Origin: an uncultured delta proteobacterium
GTDB lineage: Bacteria; Desulfobacterota; Binatia; UBA9968
NCBI GenBank assembly: GCA_963840855.1
Contig: CAWJBB010000001.1
Coordinates: 37,013 to 101,012, forward strand
Reading direction: 5' to 3'
DNA length: 64,000 nt
Of the stretch, positions 56,387 through 64,000 are shown in pieces. The notes beneath the pieces were generated by a model, which ran no database searches, was not told the DNA's origin, and worked only from the letters and a program-made list of their open reading frames with translations. The stretch's first letter is position 1; every line of letters begins with the position of its first letter. The translations under genes were made by a program, and so were the position numbers.

Positions 56387-58744
56387 TCACCTGGCGGAAG
56401 ACGGATCCTTTTCGCATTGCCCGCGTCCCACTCCGGTATTCAACTCGTTCACCAAACGATTCAAAAGGGACAGACCGGGCTCGGTATCGAGCAACGCGGA
56501 CAGCCGAGCCTGGGATGTCGTTGAAAGCGTCCAGCCGAGCGGGACACCTTCTGTCCCCGTCATGGCAAAGTGATAGTAAGAGCCGCCAAGTAAACAGGTG
56601 CGCTCGCGCAGTAGCTCGGCAGTGCCAATCCCGTTTACGCTTCTGGCGTGCATCGTGACGTCGATCGCGCTCGGCTCGCCGAAACCGACAGAGCTGTTCC
56701 GAAAAAAATCTGGAAGTCCCGTAAGGAGCTCCTCCATTTTTCGGAACGGGGCGATTGTTTCAATAAGCGTCTTCTGGAAAGCACTCGTTGCGATCGGCCG
56801 GGGTGCCGGCATCGTTGGCGACGGTGGTGGCGGCGGAGAGCAACGATCGTTGATTGGCTTGGGATCCGCATCGAGCCTGTTGAATAGACACCCCATCTCT
56901 TTGGAAGGGTCATTGGTGATCTGGATAACAACAAGCTTGATACTGTTCTGAAGATCGACGCCGCCCCCATCTTTATCGGCCAACCCATCGAGCAAATCGA
57001 GAATGGTTGCGGCCCCGTAGTTGTCATAGAAGCCCCCGTCTGCAATCCCCTCCAGCCTCCGGCAGCCCGCCGACTTGGGCTGCCGCAGCCAGCCCCAGTC
57101 CGATACAAGCGGAAACCGGGCGCTGGTGCCAATCGCCGCGCTGAGTGGAGGATCGATTTCTTCGACGAGGTTAAGGCGGCAGGGTGTTCGCAGCCGTATC
57201 CAGTTGGGGTCCGTAATCCTCACGTCGGCGGACATCACGCGCTCGCCTCTTACCGATGTCGCATTGAGCAAGAGCAGCGGATGGCTGCCGCCGTCCCGCC
57301 ACAGCGACGCCATCGACGCCGAGAAAACGTCAGCGACCGGACTCTGCTCTCCCACGGTGTTGCGCCACGCGTGCTCCCAACCAAGCTCAAGCGCCTCGTT
57401 CCGGTACGGAAATATCGGCACGAACGCATTGGCCGGAAGTCCCGCCAAAGTCGCGCCGAGCATTGCAGCCAGGAAATCTTGCCGGTGGAATGTCCTAACA
57501 CAAGGCTCGAACGGCCCACCGACGGCTGCGCACTTCAGCGCAGGAGCGGAGATCGGGTCGTTCGAAGCGGCGGCCGAGAGCAGGCCATAAAAAATGCCAA
57601 GGCCAAGCGAGCCGCCCGATACGCCGCTCGCAGCGAACAGCTTGGCTCGCAAATTCGGCACGCGGTCCATGAGGCGGGTAAGTGTCAACGAGGTCCAGTA
57701 GCTTGCCCTTATTCCGCCGCCGGCCGCCGCCACGAGAACAAGCTGCGGCTTCGGTTCGGTCTGATTCCCGCGCCACGCTTGATAAGACATCTTCAGTGTC
57801 GGCAGCGGGCCGGAGTCCGGTCGAGCCTCATGCCGCACATAATCCAGAAAAGGATATCCGCGGAACAAGACGACGCCGGCCTTGATGGCGCCGAACGCCA
57901 GCCAGGACAGTGCGACAACACAAAGAAAGGTGGCCTGGGCGCGATATCCGGTCCGCGAGAGCGCAAAAAAGAAAAGAATCCAGAGCGAGATCAAGGCAAT
58001 CAGCGAGAACGACGAACCGAGCGTCGTCCCGAATTTCCCGGGAAAGTACGCGATGGCCAGCAGGAAGGCGAAGGTAACGCCGCCGACGATATAGCTGGCG
58101 GACATCTGCTGGCGCTCGAAAACAATGAGAATGAGCGCCGCGACCATTCCACCGATCATCGCGCCAATGGGCCAAACACTTGAGAAGAGCCAGATGGATT
58201 CGCCCCAGGATTCGCCAAGGGATCCCGCAAAAAACGCCAGACCGATCGAAATGAAGCCGGTCAGCCCGGCCCATTTCGGGGAAAGCTCAAATATTTTCTC
58301 CGTAGGCACGTCTCTAACGACGTGAAAAACAAGAAACACGACAAGAGCCATGGCGGCGGAAAGCCCCAAAAAGAGAGCGAAACCTGATCCCTCATCCCGC
58401 GCCAATTGAACAAGGTCGCGCCCCTGCTCGGTTTTCGTAAGGACCAATATGACGACCGTCGTCAGCGCAACGATCACCGACAAAACGAGCCGCGCACGAG
58501 AACGCATCGAGAGAAGCCGATCCACCAGCCACTTGGCCGCCGAGAGCAGCCACCTCAATGGCGGCTTCGAGAGCAGCCACGCCACCGGCCGCTTGAGCTT
58601 TAAGAGCAGCGAACCTAACAGCCGCTTGAGCTTTGATAGGAGCCAGACGACAGGCCATGCGAGCAAAACGAAGGGAACCAGCAAAATGATGAAGAACCGA
58701 CGAACCCGATTTGAATCTCGTATCGAAGCAGACGTCTCGGCCAT
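56387..58744 (-). CDS. Multi-pass membrane patatin-like phospholipase
   Basis: GGGIRA, GVSGGS, DGGFYDN; N-terminal TM helices. Confidence 0.85.
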   Translation of the reverse strand: MAETSASIRDSNRVRRFFIILLVPFVLLAWPVVWLLSKLKRLLGSLLLKLKRPVAWLLSKPPLRWLLSAAKWLVDRLLSMRSRARLVLSVIVALTTVVILVLTKTEQGRDLVQLARDEGSGFALFLGLSAAMALVVFLVFHVVRDVPTEKIFELSPKWAGLTGFISIGLAFFAGSLGESWGESIWLFSSVWPIGAMIGGMVAALILIVFERQQMSASYIVGGVTFAFLLAIAYFPGKFGTTLGSSFSLIALISLWILFFFALSRTGYRAQATFLCVVALSWLAFGAIKAGVVLFRGYPFLDYVRHEARPDSGPLPTLKMSYQAWRGNQTEPKPQLVLVAAAGGGIRASYWTSLTLTRLMDRVPNLRAKLFAASGVSGGSLGLGIFYGLLSAAASNDPISAPALKCAAVGGPFEPCVRTFHRQDFLAAMLGATLAGLPANAFVPIFPYRNEALELGWEHAWRNTVGEQSPVADVFSASMASLWRDGGSHPLLLLNATSVRGERVMSADVRITDPNWIRLRTPCRLNLVEEIDPPLSAAIGTSARFPLVSDWGWLRQPKSAGCRRLEGIADGGFYDNYGAATILDLLDGLADKDGGGVDLQNSIKLVVIQITNDPSKEMGCLFNRLDADPKPINDRCSPPPPPSPTMPAPRPIATSAFQKTLIETIAPFRKMEELLTGLPDFFRNSSVGFGEPSAIDVTMHARSVNGIGTAELLRERTCLLGGSYYHFAMTGTEGVPLGWTLSTTSQARLSALLDTEPGLSLLNRLVNELNTGVGRGQCEKDPSSAR

Positions 58745-58878
58745 GGGTCCACCTCCTACGCAGGATGAAGCATCGTATCAGCTCAAACGAGTGCTTTGAT
58801 AGGGCCTGAAACCGACTCGCCAACTGCAACATGAGATGCTCGCCGAATGACGTGATGGGTCACGTGGAGTGATCAAAA

Positions 58879-59899
58879 GGGTCAGGCTTGCATAAATGAA
58901 TCTATTGCGTTTGGTCCCGGATCGGTATAGTTTCTTTGCATGGCCCGACCCATGCGGATCGAATACCCCGGAGCGGTATATCATGTTATTTGCCGGGGCA
59001 ATAACCGCCAGCCGATCTTCCGCGACGACGCCGATCGAAAGCGATACCTGGAGAAACTGTCCCTTTACTGCCAGGAGAAAAAGGTCGATCTGTTATCTTA
59101 CTGCCTGCTCTCCAATCACGTCCATCTGCTGGTGGAGACGGCGCAGGGGAATCTTTCTAAGATGATGCAAGCTTTTCAGACCAGTTACACGGTGTATTTC
59201 AACAGGCGCCACGGACGAACCGGCCATGTATTCGAGCAGCGCTACAAGGCCATGGTGGTCGATAAGGATAATTATCTCCTCCAGGTGAGCCGTTACATCC
59301 ATTTAAATCCGGTCAGCGCCAGGATAGTGGAGCGGCCCCAGGATTTCCGGTGGAGCAGTTACGGTTCGTATCTGAAAGGAAAAGGGCTGACGGGGCTAAA
59401 AACGGAAAGTGTGTTGGCGTATTTCAGCGGATCGAGAAGCCGACAGCTTCGGCAATACCGGGATTACGTGGAGGGTGATGGATCGGATAAGACCCGGAAT
59501 CCCGCGCCGGAGGTGATCAAGCAAATATTTATAGGTGATGACGATTTCGCAGAGGCAACAAGACGGAAAGGGAATGGATCGTCGGTGTACGAGGGGCATT
59601 ATTCATTTCGGCAGATGGTGGAAGCGGTGAGCGCCGTGATGGGCGCAGAGCGGGAGGAGATCCGGCGGCCCCAAAGGAGCGAGAGAGTCCAGAGAAGTCG
59701 GGAGATATTATGCTACATTGCCCGGCGCCATGGGGAAGTGGGACTCCAGGAGCTGGCTCAATTTCTCCAGGCCAAGGAGCTATCCACGGCGAGTCACGCC
59801 GTGAGGCGGGCGGAGAAAAGGCTCAAAGAGGATTCGGGCTTTCGTCGTCGGGTCGAGCAGGTTCTGAAGCGGCTCGATTCAACCATGCAAGCCTGACCC
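58879..59899 (+). mobile_element. RAYT/Y1-transposase element with perfect 15-bp terminal inverted repeats
   Basis: GGGTCAGGCTTGCAT (58879-58893) and ATGCAAGCCTGACCC (59885-59899). Confidence 0.85.
58940..59896 (+). CDS. REP-associated-type tyrosine (HUH, Y1) transposase with C-terminal HTH
   Basis: YHVICRGN, NHVHLL, RYIHLNP, WSSY. Confidence 0.92.
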   Translation: MARPMRIEYPGAVYHVICRGNNRQPIFRDDADRKRYLEKLSLYCQEKKVDLLSYCLLSNHVHLLVETAQGNLSKMMQAFQTSYTVYFNRRHGRTGHVFEQRYKAMVVDKDNYLLQVSRYIHLNPVSARIVERPQDFRWSSYGSYLKGKGLTGLKTESVLAYFSGSRSRQLRQYRDYVEGDGSDKTRNPAPEVIKQIFIGDDDFAEATRRKGNGSSVYEGHYSFRQMVEAVSAVMGAEREEIRRPQRSERVQRSREILCYIARRHGEVGLQELAQFLQAKELSTASHAVRRAEKRLKEDSGFRRRVEQVLKRLDSTMQA

Positions 59900-59910
59900 C
59901 TGATCCTTCC

Positions 59911-60279
59911 CTGCCCGAACTGCGGCCGTGCCTTGAAGATCATCGCCGCGATCGAAGATTCGCCGGTGATCGGCAAGATCCTCAGCCATCTCGGCCTACC
60001 GACCCGCGCCCGGCCGCGTGCGCCAGCTCGCCGAGTCGATCTATTCCAGACAATCTGAGGAGCCGAAAACCGCTTGCCAACACAAGCCGACGGCGCCGCT
60101 CGCTCTGAGTTCGAGCGAGCGGCGCCATAAGGGACCTTTCGCGCACCTCCCGACCGCTCTCCGGCCGAGCCGCCTGGTACAACAGTGGGTTTTTCGTCAA
60201 GCAGAAAAGGAATTGACATCTCTTCCGGTCCTGCGATATGGCTCCGGTCATAGAAAAAGGTGGTTTAAAAATCCTATCC
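59911..60279 (+). mobile_element. ISCR/IS91-like oriIS end, copy 7 (about 369 bp)
   Basis: Starts CPNCG; ends GGTTTAAAAATCCTATCC. Confidence 0.88.
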
Positions 60280-60309
60280 ATATAAACGGATTTTCTTAGA
60301 GTAAAGTGC

Positions 60310-61377
60310 ATGACGGATTTTCGGTATAATATCCTCACAAATTTGCGCATCTATCCAGGTATTGTGGAAGACCCGGACCGCATTGAAACTCTCAACGATG
60401 TCCTCAATGAACTCAGCACATTGGGGTTTGGCAAGCTGGTACAAAACTTTTGCACACAGCCCGATCCTGAACGAGCACGCGACTTTCTATTTGAAATCTG
60501 GATTTGTCAGATGCTCCGCCGTAATCACGACGTGCAGGATTTGCAATATGAGCCACCAGAGGCCAAGAACCCGCCAGATTTTGGTTTTCGCTTACACGGC
60601 GTTAATTTCGCCAAGCAAGTGAAACGGCTCCACAATGTTACGAATGAACAAACAAAGTTTCTCTTCGAACGGGAGTGTCGAAGGCATCTCTCCGATATGC
60701 CGAAGCCATGGTTCATAAACTTCTGGGTTTCTGACCATTTCACGCCACAGCACTTGAATTCGTTCTTTGCTTATCTGAAGCGATCTATTGACCAATTTTC
60801 TTGCGTGACGACCTTGAAAACTCTTTTGGGAGAACCACAATATTCTTGGAAACAGAACGACGAGACACTGGTACAGTTCTCCTTTACTGAAAAGCGTGGC
60901 AAAGAACCTGGTATTTTTCCTGGAGTAATTTCTTTGATGGGGACCGAGAGTGGTCTAATGGGGGCTATAGATACAGGCGCCTTTCGTAGAAGCGTTCAGC
61001 GGCTCCTAAGAAAATCGCGCAAGAGCCTGACACGACCTGTATCCTCCACCCAAGCGAATCTGCTCGTTATGCAATCTGTGCACTTCCTGTTTGCAGACAA
61101 GACGATCCTTGATGCACTATATGGTGATGAGGTTATAGGATTTCACAGAAAAAAAGAGCCAAAGAGTTTTCGTAAGCCAAACGGCTTATTTCGCCCCAAC
61201 AAATTCTCCAACATCTGTGGTCTGATCTTGGTGCCTTCACAATTATGGGCGTTCAGTGAATGGTTCGAAGGCGATTATTTTCTGCACCCGTCTCATATTG
61301 AAAACATCCGATGTCATCCAAAACCATTTCACGAGATGATGTTTGTTCGCTCACGGATCGAGTTATCGGCTGATTGA
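60310..61377 (+). CDS. Hypothetical protein, possibly restriction-endonuclease-like fold
   Basis: 355-aa ORF; LFEI...PPDF...KQVK resembles a PD-(D/E)XK variant. Confidence 0.5.
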   Translation: MTDFRYNILTNLRIYPGIVEDPDRIETLNDVLNELSTLGFGKLVQNFCTQPDPERARDFLFEIWICQMLRRNHDVQDLQYEPPEAKNPPDFGFRLHGVNFAKQVKRLHNVTNEQTKFLFERECRRHLSDMPKPWFINFWVSDHFTPQHLNSFFAYLKRSIDQFSCVTTLKTLLGEPQYSWKQNDETLVQFSFTEKRGKEPGIFPGVISLMGTESGLMGAIDTGAFRRSVQRLLRKSRKSLTRPVSSTQANLLVMQSVHFLFADKTILDALYGDEVIGFHRKKEPKSFRKPNGLFRPNKFSNICGLILVPSQLWAFSEWFEGDYFLHPSHIENIRCHPKPFHEMMFVRSRIELSAD

Positions 61378-61452
61378 ATTGGTCTATCGAGCAAAAGCTC
61401 GGGGGTTTTGCAGAAACCGCTAATACTGCCGTGGAGGGGAGAAAAGGAAAGG

Positions 61453-61989
61453 ATGAAATACTTTGCCTACGGCTCTAATATGTTGGAAGAGCGGCTACAA
61501 GCACCTAATCGCGTACCCACCGCAAAATTTTTAAGTATAGCTAGCGTTCGACGATACAAACTACAGTTTCACAAGAACAGTGATGACCAGTCAGGTAAGT
61601 GTAACATTGTCAGAACCAACTCTGAGGAGGACGTGGTTTACGGCGTTGTATTCAAAATTCCCCATGACCAGTTAGACGCCCTGGATCGTGCGGAGGGTGT
61701 CGGCCACGGATACCACCATGACAACATCTCAATTCGACTCGCTGATAACACAGAGACTATGCTAACGTACGTAGCTGACTCGAACCGCATTGATAACACT
61801 TTGTCTCCTTACGAATGGTATCACAAACTTGTGGTCGCAGGTGCTGAGCAACACCATCTGCCCGAGCACCACATTAAAGAGTTACGAGCAGTTCCGTACA
61901 TCCCAGACCCTAAAGTAAACAGACCCACAAAACTTGAAGCGGAAGTAGCATTGAAAGTATACTACAGCAAAAACAAGATCCGCAACTAA
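61453..61989 (+). CDS. Gamma-glutamylcyclotransferase family protein
   Basis: MKYFAYGSNM, VYGVVF, LDRAEG. Confidence 0.88.
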   Translation: MKYFAYGSNMLEERLQAPNRVPTAKFLSIASVRRYKLQFHKNSDDQSGKCNIVRTNSEEDVVYGVVFKIPHDQLDALDRAEGVGHGYHHDNISIRLADNTETMLTYVADSNRIDNTLSPYEWYHKLVVAGAEQHHLPEHHIKELRAVPYIPDPKVNRPTKLEAEVALKVYYSKNKIRN

Positions 61990-62010
61990 CTGATTTCAAA
62001 TTGTGGCCAC

Positions 62011-62880
62011 GTGCTGAGCTTGCAAAGCCTGCCGAGCGCAGCCAGGCCGTCCACCCCAGAGCTGCGCGTCAACGCGCACGGCTTTAGCCTCCATGCGGCG
62101 ATGCGCTGGCGCGCCGATCAGCGCAAGGAACTAGAGCAGCTCTGCCGCTATATCACCCGGCCGGCCATCGCCAACGAACGGCTCAAGCGTAATCGCGCCG
62201 GGCAAGTCGTGCTGCAACTAAAGAGTCCCTACAAAGACGGCACCACCCATATCGTCATGGAGCCGCTAGAGTTCATGGAGCGCCTGGCGGCCCTGGTGCC
62301 GCGGCCGCGCTTACATCTGATTCGCTTCCATGGCGTACTGGCGCCCAACGCGAAGTTGCGCAGTAAAATCGTTCCCACTTCGGCAGAGCGTGCCACCGAG
62401 CCCCCGACCGACACGCCCAAGGTCAGGGAGAAACGCCGCGCATGAGTTGGGCCCGACTGCTCAAACGGGTCTTCGACATCGACATCGAACACTGCCCGAA
62501 CTGCGGCGGCGCTTTGAAGATCATCGCCGCCCCTTCGACGCGCTCACGACAGGCATCGAAGATCCGCCGGTGATCATCAAGATCCTCAGCCATCTCGGCC
62601 TACCGACCCGCGCCCCACCGCGTGCGCCGGCTCGTCGAGTCGATCTATTCCAGACAATCTGACAGCCCAATACCGCTTGCCAACGCAAGCCGACGGCGCC
62701 GCCCGCTCTGAGTGCGAGCGAGCAGCTAGATAAAGGAGGTTTCGCGCGTCTCGACCGCTCTCCGGCCGAGCCGCCTGGTACAACAGTGGGGTTTTTATCA
62801 AGCAGAAAAGGAATTGACATCTCTCCCGGTCCCGCGATATGGCTCCGGTCATAGAAAAAGGTGGTTTAAAAATCCTATCC
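62011..62880 (+). mobile_element. ISCR/IS91-like oriIS end, copy 8 (about 870 bp, longest)
   Basis: VLSLQSLP...GFSLHAA...LEQLCRYITRP; ends GGTTTAAAAATCCTATCC. Confidence 0.88.
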
Positions 62881-62905
62881 ATAATCCGAAACGGGAGGTA
62901 ACACC

Positions 62906-63970
62906 ATGGCTACCCCCACGACGATGACGGCGGCGGTGCTCCACGACGCGGATGATATGAGGGTGGAGCAGCGATCGGTACCGCAGCCAGGGCTCGGCGA
63001 GGTCCTTTTGAAGGTGGAGGTCGCCTCGATCTGCGGAACCGACGTTAAAGTCCTGCACCGAACGCTTCAGGGACAACCCGCCGGGGAATTCATCATGGGC
63101 CACGAGTACGCCGGCACCGTCGCGGCGCTGGGACCTGGGGTCGACGAGTTTCACATCGGCGAGCGGGTCGCCGTCGAAGTGCACAAGGGTTGTGATTGCT
63201 GCGAGAATTGCATCAAAGGCTGGTATACGTCCTGCCTGAATTACGGCAATTTTGCAAAGGGGCACCGGGCGAAAGGTCTCACCTGCGACGGCGGCTTCGC
63301 CGAGTACGCCGTCAATCACATCAACACACTCTACCGGCTGCCGGACAACCTCACGTTTGAGCAGGCATGCATGGTGACCACCGCGGCCTCACCGCTGTGG
63401 GCGGTCGACCTCATGGGTGGCTACGTTGCCGGCGAGACGGTGCTGGTCCTCGGGCCGGGACCCATCGGTCTCATTGCGGTCCAGCTCTGCAAGGCCTTGG
63501 GCGCAGAGCGGGTCATCCTCAGCGGGACTCGCGATTCGCGCCTGGAGATCGGCAAGCAACTGGGCGCCGACTTCACGATCAACATGCGAGAGGAGAACTT
63601 GGCCGAACGGGTGCGTGAGATCACGCGCGGCAAGGGCGCTGACTCCGTCCTGGAATGCGCCGGCGGTCCGACCTCGATGCAGGAGGCGCTGGAGAACGTC
63701 AAGCGCGGCGGCCGCATCGGCGTTGTGGCCTGGTACGCCGGGCCCGTGCAGATCGATATGAACCTCGCGGTCCGGAGCAACGTTCGGATCTACGCGGCAA
63801 GAGGAGAGGGTGGGATGAATTGTGGCCGTTCGCTCGCGCTCATGAGCGGAGGCAAGATCCTGGCAGATCCGATCATCACGCATCACTTCAAGCTCGATCA
63901 GATTCACGAGGCGTTCCGAACCTATGTCGAACGGATTGATAACGCGCTCAAGGTGGTCATCCATATCTGA
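62906..63970 (+). CDS. Zinc-binding medium-chain dehydrogenase
   Basis: ICGTD, GHE, CxxCxxC, GPGPIG; GGGAGG RBS. Confidence 0.92.
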   Translation: MATPTTMTAAVLHDADDMRVEQRSVPQPGLGEVLLKVEVASICGTDVKVLHRTLQGQPAGEFIMGHEYAGTVAALGPGVDEFHIGERVAVEVHKGCDCCENCIKGWYTSCLNYGNFAKGHRAKGLTCDGGFAEYAVNHINTLYRLPDNLTFEQACMVTTAASPLWAVDLMGGYVAGETVLVLGPGPIGLIAVQLCKALGAERVILSGTRDSRLEIGKQLGADFTINMREENLAERVREITRGKGADSVLECAGGPTSMQEALENVKRGGRIGVVAWYAGPVQIDMNLAVRSNVRIYAARGEGGMNCGRSLALMSGGKILADPIITHHFKLDQIHEAFRTYVERIDNALKVVIHI

Positions 63971-64000
63971 GGCCCGGAAGCAAGGAGCAGACATCATGCG

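Noticed and set aside
29511-62880. CRISPR array or attC cassette array as the explanation for the repeats
   Set aside because: Repeats are 260-870 bp with transposase homology and kb-scale spacers; I found no RYYYAAC...GTTRRRY attC stems at cargo ends by eye
29500-62882. Recurring minus-strand ORFs over the repeats (MSIPFLLDKKP..., MAEDLDDHRRIF..., GAISQDRERCQF...)
   Set aside because: These are shadow frames of the ISCR fragments; starts, lengths and frames differ between copies

Overview
The window has three parts. (1) 1-10.4 kb holds a partial cdaA and the selenocysteine cluster selA-selB-selD, where selD itself has an in-frame UGA and a SECIS-like hairpin. Next is a 3.5-kb RIT element (three tyrosine recombinases) whose two ends each join a different integron-integrase gene, both cut at the catalytic Tyr codon. 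(2) 10.5-29.4 kb carries mostly metabolic and transport genes (amidohydrolases, Rieske dioxygenase, solute-binding proteins, SWIM-SNF2 helicase) with gene stubs and REP-like hairpins. (3) 29.4-62.9 kb is the main finding: eight same-orientation ISCR/IS91-like rolling-circle ends. All finish at the same oriIS-like motif, all are cut at different points on the 5' side, and all keep an outward TTGAC(A/C) box. They separate mostly intact cargo genes, many defence-like: a hybrid DISARM-like operon, PIN, PD-(D/E)XK, TIR, Trypco1 plus trypsin-NTPase-repeat, and patatin. Ends of a second HUH element (RAYT/Y1, ...TGACCC) recur at the junctions. I interpret this as a possible integron-like gene-accumulation array built by HUH enzymes, which is inference. 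Eight single-base frameshifts may be assembly errors. All product calls come from motifs read by eye; no searches were run.
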